Below are positions 49,371-59,711 of a stretch of DNA of 64,000 nucleotides, piece after piece. The notes beneath the pieces were generated by a model that did no database searches, was not told the origin of the DNA, and worked only from the letters and a program-made list of their open reading frames with translations. Position 1 is the first letter of the stretch; each line of letters begins with the position of its first letter. This DNA is from Oopsacas minuta (Eukaryota > Animalia > Porifera), in NCBI GenBank assembly GCA_024704765.1, contig JAKMXF010000033.1:372001-436000 (forward strand), written 5' to 3'. The position numbers were made by a program, and so were the translations under genes.

Positions 49371-49751
49371 TCAATAACTTTCAAACGGTTTCAGATATTT
49401 TGCATTCTTGTTTTGTTGTATAGCAATAAGAAAATAACATTTCTCCGGGTATATCATAATCTCATAGTTCATTGTTGCTATTCTGAGTGTTTGCATTCTA
49501 TTGATTGGATTCAGTTCTCTAACTGTCATCATAGCAAGGTCTATTAGAGGTTTGAGGGGCGTAGAGTATTGAGCTGTAGTAGAGTTATCTAGAGTTGATT
49601 TAACTATAATATTCTCTGAGTCAACAAGAAATAGGCCGATTACCCCGGGTACCAGCTGTATACGATCCCAAATTTCACTCGCATGACTGCTCGCATTAGA
49701 ATTCGCTGTCTGGCTTGTGATAGTACGATTTGCTCTAGTGGCGGAAGACAT
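49371..49751 (-). CDS. DYNLRB: Dynein light chain roadblock-type (LC7), divergent and intronless
   Basis: RIQLVPGVIGLFLV...IVKSTLDNSTTAQY...TVRELNPINRMQTLRIAT..YEIMIYPEKCYFLIAIQ aligns with the roadblock consensus. Confidence 0.88.
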   Translation of the reverse strand: MSSATRANRTITSQTANSNASSHASEIWDRIQLVPGVIGLFLVDSENIIVKSTLDNSTTAQYSTPLKPLIDLAMMTVRELNPINRMQTLRIATMNYEIMIYPEKCYFLIAIQQNKNAKYLKPFESY

Positions 49752-50093
49752 GAAAATAAATATTCAAATTGGATATATTTTCCAACATTTTCCACCTTTA
49801 TTACTAATTTGAATCAATTTTCCAATGACTATTCAACTATTATGATTCAACAGCTTTCTCAATGGGATATGTAGCAACAAAATACAGTTGTAACGGAAGA
49901 ATAATATATAACTCGACTCTGTTGCAATAGATGGTGTTGATAAAACATACATACAGCCTCGCATAATAGCTCACACAGCTACAGATATCTGAAGGGGTTT
50001 AATCCAATTACACTGGTATGTGTTTGTATATGGCTTTACCATTCAATGTGTTTATAATTAATTACGGAATATGACATTAACTTTGAACAATAG

Positions 50094-52295
50094 ATGTATA
50101 TTAAAATTTACAGATTACAAGTGAGATATTGTTCAGGATTTCGTTCCACTTCAAAACTTCTGTTTTTGAGTTGTGTCTGTATTTGGAGCTTGGTATGTTG
50201 TCACTTGTACCTCAGTACGTGTTACTATTGTAACCAGGAGAGGGACCAAGATGAGACAAACTGGCCGCTGGTGATAGAACATAAGGGGAGGTGGTCACCT
50301 GACAGGATATATCAATCGAACAAGATCCCAGATTTAGGGATTTTCCTAAACTCGGACATGTTTCTGTCTCAGGGCAAGAGGCTACTGTGGATAAAACAGA
50401 GGATCTCACGGCTCTCAGAGGATTGGGAGAGAGCATTCGAGGATGTCAAACATAAACCTTATATTCAGATTGATCCCATGAGTGTCCTGGTATTCCCCGG
50501 ACTACTGAGCGAGTACAGTCCTTATAACTTTGCAGAGAATGCATTTAAAGGAGGTTACCTCGGGGAGTTAATACAATGGAGCGATCTTTTAGCAGGACTA
50601 CACATTCTAGGACACAGAGTTAGAATAATTACTCAGAGAGAATATGTCCTATCTCTGAAGAATACTACTGATGAGTTTGATCTAGTTTTCACTGACTATA
50701 CGGGACTAAAAGCACTAGAGAGTATTGAAATGTTTTTACAGTACAAGTGTAAGACAAGGGTGCTAGACGTATATGGAACCGAACCAAGATACAACTTCAG
50801 AACAGCTGATTATAACACACTAGAAAGGTATGCTAATTGGAACTTAGAAGACACGAAGCAGTTTTGGACATTTTACCCTGACACACCAGATAACACATTC
50901 CTGGGATTCGTAGTTCCACAATCTAATACAATTCCTACACGAACTGTTACGAATAGAAATATAGCAGTAGTATATGGTAAGCTAGCCGACTCACTTTACA
51001 ATCAAAGACACAATGTGCCACTTCTTCAAATGGTGTCTGAATTCTTTGAGGTACATTCCACATTCCGTGAAGGCTATACACATTTACCGGATAACATTAT
51101 TAATCATGGATTCCTCAAATCGAACGATTTCGCAATGCTACTGGGGAGAGCTAAGCTTTTTATCGGGTTGGGGTACCCATACGACGGGCCGGGGCCTTTT
51201 GAAGCACTTGCTGAGGGGGCTATATTTCTCCAGCACAAATTCAGTCCGTCAAGAAACAGAGACAATGATAAATTCTTCTCAGGTAAGCCAACAAGCCGAG
51301 CTATTACGTCACAACACTCTTACTTAGAACAGCATGTTGGAGAGCCTTACGTATATACGATTGACACAACTAATGCCGAGTTAGTGAGGAGTACTCTCAT
51401 TAAAATATTAAAATCTAAACCTTTGCCTCGATTCATACCGCATGAATTCACATCCACAGGGTTCCTGGAGAGAGTAGCTATCTTATTAGGAAGGGGGGAG
51501 ATATGTGATGGAGAAGACATAGCTCTACGGAAGCAAGTAAACTCTTCTCCTCATTACAAGAGCTTTGCTGCTGGACATATTACAAATGGGCAATTGGAGA
51601 ATAGATATTGTTTCTGGAGTGAACCGGATACCAAACCGTGGGTAGAAGTTGACCTTGATACAGAGGTGTGGATCAGGAATATTCGTGTCACAATTTGCAC
51701 AAATTGGAAAACAGCAAATTCGTGGAATGTGTTTAACCCATTTAAAGTGTCACTCTTGGATTACACACGTAGATTATACGTGAGTAAGAAATTCATAGAC
51801 GGGAGATTATCTTACGTGTGGAATAATATTAACCTCCCTGCTAGATTCATTCAGATAGAACCGATTGAATTGAAATCAAAGCACTTCGTTGTTTGTGCAG
51901 TAGAAGTGTTCAGTGGAAAGAAATGTAGAGAAGTGGATAATATGAAGAATAGAATCTCATTGATTGGAGAGTCTTGTAAGGAGACTTGTTTTAGACATGG
52001 GTTGATTTGTGAGAGGGACATGTTCCCATTGATCAACAGTCTGGAGGTAATAAATGAATACCTCAATTGCTCATTCTCAATTGGGCCAGACTTACATGAG
52101 CCCGAATTCATGGACTACGCGCCAGCACAGTATATGACAACGAATAACAAACCAGGAATGTGTGTAGTCAATCCTGAACCCATGTTATTCTCTTGTGCAG
52201 GGAAACATCCTTCGGCCATTAGGGTATGTCCTTGTAGCGATACTATACATGGACAGAATGGACTCTCATTGTTACGAATCAACAAAGAGCAGTAA
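50094..52295 (+). CDS. MGAT5: Alpha-1,6-mannosylglycoprotein 6-beta-N-acetylglucosaminyltransferase (GnT-V, GT18) with an inserted F-type-lectin/discoidin-like domain, intronless
   Basis: Type-II signal anchor. GT18 motifs GGYLGELIQWSDL, PDNTFLGFV, GPGPFEALAEG, FFSGKPTSRAITSQHSY, and a Cys-rich tail (SCKETC...LFSCAGKHP..IRVCPC). Confidence 0.9.
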   Translation: MYIKIYRLQVRYCSGFRSTSKLLFLSCVCIWSLVCCHLYLSTCYYCNQERDQDETNWPLVIEHKGRWSPDRIYQSNKIPDLGIFLNSDMFLSQGKRLLWIKQRISRLSEDWERAFEDVKHKPYIQIDPMSVLVFPGLLSEYSPYNFAENAFKGGYLGELIQWSDLLAGLHILGHRVRIITQREYVLSLKNTTDEFDLVFTDYTGLKALESIEMFLQYKCKTRVLDVYGTEPRYNFRTADYNTLERYANWNLEDTKQFWTFYPDTPDNTFLGFVVPQSNTIPTRTVTNRNIAVVYGKLADSLYNQRHNVPLLQMVSEFFEVHSTFREGYTHLPDNIINHGFLKSNDFAMLLGRAKLFIGLGYPYDGPGPFEALAEGAIFLQHKFSPSRNRDNDKFFSGKPTSRAITSQHSYLEQHVGEPYVYTIDTTNAELVRSTLIKILKSKPLPRFIPHEFTSTGFLERVAILLGRGEICDGEDIALRKQVNSSPHYKSFAAGHITNGQLENRYCFWSEPDTKPWVEVDLDTEVWIRNIRVTICTNWKTANSWNVFNPFKVSLLDYTRRLYVSKKFIDGRLSYVWNNINLPARFIQIEPIELKSKHFVVCAVEVFSGKKCREVDNMKNRISLIGESCKETCFRHGLICERDMFPLINSLEVINEYLNCSFSIGPDLHEPEFMDYAPAQYMTTNNKPGMCVVNPEPMLFSCAGKHPSAIRVCPCSDTIHGQNGLSLLRINKEQ

Positions 52296-52369
52296 AACAG
52301 CAATATAGTATTTAATTCGTATTTGAACAATATTACAAAATATTAATAATTGTATACTATACGGAATTG

Positions 52370-53764
52370 CTATTTGCTAACAGGCCATTCTAGAGCTACA
52401 TTAAGCACATCTAGCTCTATAATATCTAGATCAGGTATACCTAACAGTTCTCGAAGGTTGGGCTGTGTTCTGCCCATATCCCCGTGTACAAACTCTTTAA
52501 TATAAGTCCCTGATTGTGTAACGAGGTTAATATCTACAAATCCGTTATCTCGGAGCTTTGCAGACATAGTATATACGATTTTATCGCGAGTAGCTAAAGA
52601 TCTTCTGTGTAGAACACGTATTGGAGTTCTCTGTTCTAGTTTAATATCTCTAGTTCCATTTAATATATTTATTTGTTTTTCAGAGATACCAGTTTGTGAG
52701 TAAATGACTGCTCTGTATGTTTTGTTCATAGATTCCTCTCCTGTCTTAATCAGAGTAGTGTGACTTTTTGCTGCTGTTGTGAAGTGTGAAATGTTTACAA
52801 ACTTGTCTTCATTTATTTCATTTTCAATTTGTTTACACTTTGCTTTGCTGTTTGATGTTCTCTTTGGGTTTAGTAGTTCTAAGAGGAACGGTCTCCCTGT
52901 CCCTAGCATCCTAACATCAATATCCTCTCTCCCAGAGGCAGTGAATCTTATCTCAGAAGGTGTGAATATTTTCATCACTGGGGTAGAGATTATATCCTCA
53001 ACAGAGTCAAGTATCATATCCTCTCCAAGACACCATGGTGTTTGTGAAATATTCCGTGAGTATTTATTATATCTACCTGCTAGGTAAAGAGGAGCATTCA
53101 AATAACTGATTCTAGTTAATTTACACTGAGAACCAACTCGTCTTAGAGGAAAAACGTTTAAATCCCGGAATTTTGTGAGGTTATTATAAAGCAATATTCG
53201 CTCAACAGTAGCAAATGTTACAACAAAGTTGTTCTGTTCATTAATTGGATATAGAAGTGTTGATAATTGTGAAAGTTGCTTGTCTGCTTCTTGATGGGAG
53301 AACTCCATTTGTATTTCTAGATTGCTAACAGGGACATATCTGAGCTGAATGTTAGAACACTTTGCAATTCCAGATGAATATATATTTTTAAGTTGTCGTT
53401 TCAAAGCTGTTTTTCTATCTTGAAAGATGAATTCTCTTCCCTGTGAGAGAAGTGTAAGATACTCGCGTATCCAAATAGAAAACGGAATAATCGTAGAAAT
53501 AGAGTATGTAGTTGTATCATATTTTTGTTGGGTAAAGTCAGTTAAAATAGTCGAAGAGATCTCATCAACAAATTCAGGATTCAAAACATCAAGACAGATG
53601 GGACATACTCCGGATGACAGCGACTCGTTCAAACCAATCTCACCACTATTAAATTTCTGTCGTTTAGCTTTACTGGACATTTCTTCATCTGTTGTACCAA
53701 TATCAAGCCTTGTCCTACAGCTAACACATATCAATGGGTCTACGGATTCGAGTTTGGCTGTCAT
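52370..53764 (-). CDS. PUS10: tRNA pseudouridine synthase Pus10, intronless
   Basis: AGRYNKYSRNISQTPW, catalytic ASGREDIDVRMLG-GRPF, QRTPIRVLHRR, TQSGTYIKEFVHGDMGRTQP. Confidence 0.95.
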   Translation of the reverse strand: MTAKLESVDPLICVSCRTRLDIGTTDEEMSSKAKRQKFNSGEIGLNESLSSGVCPICLDVLNPEFVDEISSTILTDFTQQKYDTTTYSISTIIPFSIWIREYLTLLSQGREFIFQDRKTALKRQLKNIYSSGIAKCSNIQLRYVPVSNLEIQMEFSHQEADKQLSQLSTLLYPINEQNNFVVTFATVERILLYNNLTKFRDLNVFPLRRVGSQCKLTRISYLNAPLYLAGRYNKYSRNISQTPWCLGEDMILDSVEDIISTPVMKIFTPSEIRFTASGREDIDVRMLGTGRPFLLELLNPKRTSNSKAKCKQIENEINEDKFVNISHFTTAAKSHTTLIKTGEESMNKTYRAVIYSQTGISEKQINILNGTRDIKLEQRTPIRVLHRRSLATRDKIVYTMSAKLRDNGFVDINLVTQSGTYIKEFVHGDMGRTQPNLRELLGIPDLDIIELDVLNVALEWPVSK

Positions 53765-54151
53765 TTGGTAATTCTAATAAAGCAAAATCGATAATTTATT
53801 AGTGAATAAAATTGATATTGTTTGGGCTCAATTAATTAGGCATAAATAAATATATAACAAAGTGTTTATCGTTAATTATCCGCGATATATTCGAACAGTA
53901 ACAATTAGAAAATTCGTAGCATAAATTAGGGCAATTCCTATATCTGTAGCCAATATCTTCCATATTTGAATTTAGAAATATTGTCATATATTGTGTAACA
54001 TGATCATTAGAGTAATACGGTGAGCATGTGACCATCTCAAAGTAAGTATTATTGTACTTATCATTTGCTTTATGCTCAGGACAATGTCCTTTCTTATTTA
54101 ATCAATTTGGATCAGTTTCTGATACAGAAAAAAATAGCATTTTTGTAGCTA

Positions 54152-55933
54152 ATGACAGTACGTAAATACAAGTATGGAGCTTTTGATGAGAATCAAGGGC
54201 CTTTGTTGAATTCAGAAGGTAAGTTAGTAAATTATATAACTGAAGATTAATTAATCGTTTGTCGTAGAAGATTCACTGAACTTCCAACATCTTGAAGAAA
54301 TTACAAGAGCTACGATGGTTGCAGTCAAAGTAGATTGTAAGTAATGTAACGTAAATGTATTATATGATGAGTGAAGTACAGTCCACTCCCTTTATATCGA
54401 AGCTCAAGGTGTGACGATAATTCGATATAACCCGATGAAATTTATGCTACTTTGACAGTTTGGGACAATATCAGACTTTGATATAAGTGGGTATTTCAAT
54501 ATATCCGTGTTGGATAACGGGGGAGCTTCTGTATGTTACCATTTTATTATTGCTAAAAATTTAAGGTCAGATTATGCGGAAAATGTCAAAGCACGTTTCT
54601 GCGAGGAAGGACAGTGCAAACATAATAGAATCAATGTACGTATTAATGTGTATAACAACTGTATAATGTACTGTATTACTGAGGTGCTATGTATTTAGTA
54701 AGGATAGAGAAACGAAAATAACTGAAAATCTGAAAATAATTCTAACTCACATAACTACAATGACCAGCATGACAAGAGGAGACTCTAACACAAGAGTATG
54801 TTTTGTATTATATATGCCACGGATAATTGTCAACATGAATTGTATAGAAAATGGAGAGAGCTACAGTAGTGCAACTCAGGAATGAGTTCAATAACTTATT
54901 AGGGGAATTCGAAAAGACAGCTAAGGTAATTGCTTAATACTCGTCATATTTTTGTTTATACTTTAGAAAATTTTAGGATCTGAAAAAGAAACTTGAAAGA
55001 TCAGTGCTAGAACAGGAAGAAGAGAGGAACAGTAACCCATTTGATGAGGGGACGAATCCATTTGATGAAGATGTTGCAGTAGAACAACAAACGTATGTGG
55101 ATGTTGATTAACAAATGGATTAATTAATTCTAATAATCGTCAGTCAACTCCCATTATATCGAATATTGAAGTAATTATCGCGGTCCTTTGAGCTTCGATA
55201 TAACGGGGAGTTTACTGTACATATATTTTAGAAAGTTACTGCATAACGCTCAAGCAGTGCAAGAGAGACACGAGGCTATTCTCTGCCTGGAGGTAAGGTA
55301 ATGAACATTCTATAAATATATATATTCTTATGAATAAAATATTTGTAGAGAGATATAACAGAAATGAGAGCAGTAATGATTGATATAGCAAACCTCATTG
55401 CAGATCATGGGGTAGTCATTGGTAATAGATATTATGAATTATATAGTCAACTCCTGGTATATTGAAGCTCAAGTGACTGTGATAATTACTAAAATATAAG
55501 CGTTGATCTAACCAATGAAATGTATATTACTTTTAAGGTTTGGGAACATATTTGTACAAATTCAAACTCCCATATAACTCACATTATCGGGTATTTCTAT
55601 ATATCCGTGTTCGATATAACGGGAAATGACTATCGTATACGTATAAATGAGATGTTAGTTAAACAATGTATATCTCTAAAGATGCTGTGGAAGATCATGT
55701 AACAGTAGCAACAGAACATACTCGATTAGCAGAACGAGAGCTTAGACAAGCAACAATATACAAGGTTAATTACAATTTTCATAAGTTACATATTTGTATA
55801 TTTTAACTGCCATTTTTAGGCAAAATCACGTAAAAAGTTGATTTGGATAATCTGCATCATTTGCTCTACAATTGCTGTCATACTGACTGCTATTATAATA
55901 TTTATTATCATTTTAATAAAGATTTTGAATTAA
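54152..55933 (+). CDS. Syntaxin-family Qa-SNARE (closest in pattern to STX7/12). Exons: 54152-54218, 54268-54336, 54699-54795, 54848-54925, 54977-55092, 55232-55292, 55349-55421, 55682-55764, 55820-55933
   Basis: Absent from the ORF track and rebuilt from phase-compatible splice sites. SNARE motif ERHEAILCLERDITEMRAVMIDIANLIADHGVVIDAVEDHV...ELRQATIYKAKSRKK, followed by a C-terminal TM anchor. Confidence 0.85.
54379..54531. mobile_element. MITE family A copy in syntaxin intron 2
   Basis: TA-CAGTCCACTCCCTTTATATCGAAGCTCAAGG ... ATAACGGGGGAGCTTCTG-TA. Confidence 0.8.
55141..55217. mobile_element. MITE family A, short inverted copy in syntaxin intron 5
   Basis: CAGTCAACTCCCATTATATCGAA ... TTCGATATAACGGGGAGTTTACTG-TA. 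Confidence 0.85.
55444..55632. mobile_element. MITE family A copy in syntaxin intron 7
   Basis: TAGTCAACTCCTGGTATATTGAAGCTCAAG ... CATATTTGTACAA ... TTCGATATAACGGGAAATGACTA. Confidence 0.8.
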
Positions 55934-56103
55934 CTGTATTTTCCTTCTGTATTATATCATATGTACCCGAATATGAATGATTAGATCGATATACATATAT
56001 TAAATTCAATTAAATCAAGTTGTTCGGAGCATCACCCATTACCAATGAGAGCTAAATATACATTCTTTGAAGCGATCTGGTTGTCAGGGTATATATCAAT
56101 CAA

Positions 56104-57909
56104 TCAGCTTTGCATCGTAGTTTTGCATTCACTTACTTTGTTTTGAGATAAATATTTTCTGCTAACTCTAGCATTTTCTACTTTCTCTTGTACCCTGTGA
56201 GCTTGTATTACTTTAGCGTTAATGAGAGCTTCTCTATTGTTTGACCGAGTACGCATTCTGAGGTAAGAGGTTAACATAAACACGATTGGCATTGAAGAAA
56301 GGCATGGTTAATTGGTAATCATGGATTTGAGTGTGTTTTGAATAGAAACAAAATACTATTAAATTGTATATGCCAAATAGTTTTCAAACCTGGGATTCAT
56401 GGACCTCTTAGTGGTCCACAGAAGAGGGCAGGGGGTCCACAGGATCTCAAATTTGTATTATAGTCTATGAGAGGTGGTCTATAGAATGTGTTAACATACT
56501 ATAGGTTACTTTAGGGGCCAAAAAACTCCGCTGACTGCAAAAATCTATATTAACCCGGGGTCCTAACACTTCGTTATAACGATAGTTTACTGTAAATCTA
56601 ACCTCTCGCCAAGCGTTGTTTCTCTGTGTTCAATAACTTTCTGATTTTGCTCGTATCTTTCTTTCATCTTTTTCTCTTCAATTTCTCTCTGTTCAATTAA
56701 GTTATCAATAATCTTCTGTTCTCGTTTCTAATTAATCCAGGGATAAAATACAACATAACAAATTGACAATTTTCAGAAACCTTCCTCCTGCTCTCTGCAG
56801 CAGCTAGCTTAGCTTCTATTTCCTCTTTAGTTAGTTTACTAGTTGCGGTTTTCGTCTTAAAAACCTTCTTACTCGAGAGTCCTTCTGGACAAAATTCAAT
56901 TGGTTTGAGACCATTCTTTTTCTCAAGAGAGACATCAAGTAAAATATCAAAAGCTAATCCTAAAAAATATTACTTATCAATTGGAACCTCCGTATATGAC
57001 AAGTATGTTACCTCCCCTAGAAGCAGATCGTTCTATAACATCAAATGATTGTTCAATTTGCATTGCTGTATTCTCTTCAGTAAATTTAACAGAGCTATTA
57101 GTTCTACGTAGTTTAGAATGTATAGGAGGTAATGGAGACTTTTCTAGAATATTCTGTGCATCCATAGCTCCGGGTAGGTTAGTATGTTTAGGAGTAATGC
57201 TCGATTTTCTTATCGGAGGAAGATATGAAATTCCTGCTATCAACAATTCTAAAAAGAATATTTTCGCAAAATCGTATACATTAAAGTAAATGTATACGGT
57301 TTTACTAAAATGATATTCTAACTTGGAGTCGTTGGTCTCTCAGCTACCATAACTGATTCAACCCTATCCGAGCTGGATTTCTCAGTGATAAATTGTATAA
57401 TCTCATTTTCAGTTCTTCTAGAAGCAGAACTAATACTGGGTCTGCTCTCATCTTCATAGCCACTGTCAGTTGTCGCACGACTAGATGCTGATACCTATCA
57501 CAATCTTTATAAATAAAGACTGAAATTATACAAATATATAATTTACCTGTCTAGTAATGATATCATGCGTGACGTCACGGGGTAAATGTGGTTCAACACA
57601 AATTATGCCACTCATACTTCTTCTTGCTTTCTGCTCTGGAGTTACTAGTTTATTCTTCCTCAAACTCTGAGCTAGTGACGAAGTGGAGACTGAATTTTTT
57701 TTATTGGAAGGAGGTCGGATAGAAAGGCCCTGTTTAGAAGAGGACACGGTTCCTACTGAGGGGAAGGGCTCAGAGTTTGAGCGTGCGAATGAGAGATGAG
57801 TTGATTTTACGAATAGTACGTCTTCTGCTGGAACTTGCTGTTGTGAAGTTATTTGTATACGTACTGTATTTGTATTATCCTCTGCCTCTTTAGAACTAAC
57901 ACAACCCAT
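56104..57909 (-). CDS. Stathmin-domain protein with an N-terminal MGCxSS acylation motif (STMND1-like); about 5 coding exons, 3' end uncertain
   Basis: The spliced product gives IERSASRGGLAFDILL...LTKEEIEAKLAAAESRRK...NNREALINAKV, matching the stathmin motifs (RASGQAFELIL, LEEIQKKLEAAEERRK, ENREA). A further short exon near 56033-56077 is possible. Confidence 0.75.
56374..56533. mobile_element. MITE family B (hAT-like), degenerate copy in a stathmin-gene intron
   Basis: TTTTCAAACCTGGG...GGTCCACAG (twice)...GGATCTCAAATTTGTATTATAGTCTATG...CTCCGCTG. Confidence 0.65.
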
Positions 57910-57980
57910 AACGCTATCTTATAGAACAAAAGTTAATGAAATTGTAAATAAACAGGAACGTGGGGTCCCAAAAGGGAGTT

Positions 57981-58047
57981 ATCTAGGTGCTTGGCGTGCA
58001 CCTAAAAGTAGCCATGCAGGTCACAAAGTGTCGACCGTGAGACTCAA
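57981..58047. repeat. Dispersed repeat, copy 2, upstream of the stathmin-domain gene
   Basis: Aligns with 47115-47192 apart from an 11-bp indel. Confidence 0.8.
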
Positions 58048-58184
58048 TCTTCAGACCCTTTCTAAGCTAATTATACAGTTCCAATTAGGTGTTAAAATGG
58101 TAGATTCCAGTACAAATTATTATTAAACAAATACAAATAAAACTGAAACAAATATTGAAATTGAAATTGAAAATAGATTCAACT

Positions 58185-59711
58185 TTATCTTGAAGAAATC
58201 TGTTGTAATTTTGACTTGAATAATTTCATTACAGATCTAATAGAAATGTGTGGTACCAATACAATGAATATTGGTAGGAAGATAACTCGTGAGTAAAATA
58301 TTAACAGAATAGAGAGGAAGTAGGGGAACTTCATAAAAGCAGCGTCCGCGAAATCCTGACACACATCAAGATCTCCATATGGATTATCTCTATACACAGT
58401 TATAGTGTCATTAATCGTAGAGTTAAGCGTTCCCACATTTGGTAATGCAACTATAGGGCTATTTATAGTAACACATAGGATATAATTCACGATGTTATCG
58501 AAGTATGGGATAGCTAAATAGGTGATAAGACCGATTACAATTCCAAATACGAACAGGATAATCATGATGAGTATCGAGTACCATATTAATCTCTTCTCTA
58601 GAGAGGTTAGTTTCATTTGCTTTCCAGTAACTTCTAATGATTTGAAGGAGTTTATCCGGAGTTTCGCTACAACTATAATTACAAGGGAAATCACAAAGCA
58701 GGGCAGTAGGACGGATGGACAAGCATACAGACCGAGGAAGAGCCATTTATTAAATATAAGGATGAATTGAGTAAAAAATGCTGGAACAAAGGTAGTGACT
58801 GGATCAAGAATGAGTATAGCAACCATTGGGATCAGGTTTAAGCCGAAACTCAGAAAACACTGAGAAGAGAAACAAAAAATTCTGTTCCTTAATCTCTTTC
58901 TCAGATATGGAAAGAATACGATAACTAGAATATTAATAATAGATAACGCAATCCACCATAAATTCACCAAATAGAAATAACTATTTACAAATCCCAATAT
59001 ATTTATGATTGTTTGCAGAGTGGATTCAAGATTCAACCTGACACCAATTTGAGCCATCAAATATGAAACTCCTTCATCAGTCCTGAAACAGAACAAAGCA
59101 TCATAATCTATAAAATCCACACAAGCATTAGAAATAATTACCATTAAGCTACAGATGACTACCATAAACAGAGATGTACGAGCTAACTGGAAATCATAAT
59201 GAATGCGGAGTTTCTTCCAATCAACACAGCTAGTGAGTAGCCAGACAACTAGCGTAGCAATTCCCAATAATATTCCTAGTACATTCAATACCCGCAATGC
59301 AATCCTGACTTTTGTAGTAACTCCTTCGCCATAAGGACTCCACTCGCAACCTGGGTAACATATCTCTTCACCGGCTACATACACAAACCCCTCAATACAC
59401 TCAACTTGTAGAATAGTAAAGTTAGTATAGTTTGTAGAATTTATTGGAGGCAGTAAGGAGGAAAGATTCACTTCAACTGACAATCTACTTGAACCATCAT
59501 CAAATATTATAATATTTGCAAGAACTGAGGTCATAGGTATCAGTACTAACAGCCATACCGTTATAATGATTACTGTACTAAATGCTATACAAACTTTCCT
59601 GCCGCCAAGATTACAATCCCTTTTACCAGGAACAGTCCTTTGGATATTCTGTTTTTTGGTCTCCATTTCTATCAGATCTCCTGTACTACAATGTTCTACC
59701 TTATGGTCCAT
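58185..59711 (-). CDS. Frizzled/Smoothened-like (class F) 7TM receptor without CRD and with an extra N-terminal TM segment, copy A, intronless
   Basis: Eight hydrophobic segments. CYPGCEW just before TM1 (compare the Frizzled C-x-P-x-C linker), TM1 ending ...VDWKK, WW in TM3, and a long ECL3 with NYILC...C as in Smoothened DYVLC...C. Family call is by eye. Confidence 0.6.
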   Translation of the reverse strand: MDHKVEHCSTGDLIEMETKKQNIQRTVPGKRDCNLGGRKVCIAFSTVIIITVWLLVLIPMTSVLANIIIFDDGSSRLSVEVNLSSLLPPINSTNYTNFTILQVECIEGFVYVAGEEICYPGCEWSPYGEGVTTKVRIALRVLNVLGILLGIATLVVWLLTSCVDWKKLRIHYDFQLARTSLFMVVICSLMVIISNACVDFIDYDALFCFRTDEGVSYLMAQIGVRLNLESTLQTIINILGFVNSYFYLVNLWWIALSIINILVIVFFPYLRKRLRNRIFCFSSQCFLSFGLNLIPMVAILILDPVTTFVPAFFTQFILIFNKWLFLGLYACPSVLLPCFVISLVIIVVAKLRINSFKSLEVTGKQMKLTSLEKRLIWYSILIMIILFVFGIVIGLITYLAIPYFDNIVNYILCVTINSPIVALPNVGTLNSTINDTITVYRDNPYGDLDVCQDFADAAFMKFPYFLSILLIFYSRVIFLPIFIVLVPHISIRSVMKLFKSKLQQISSR

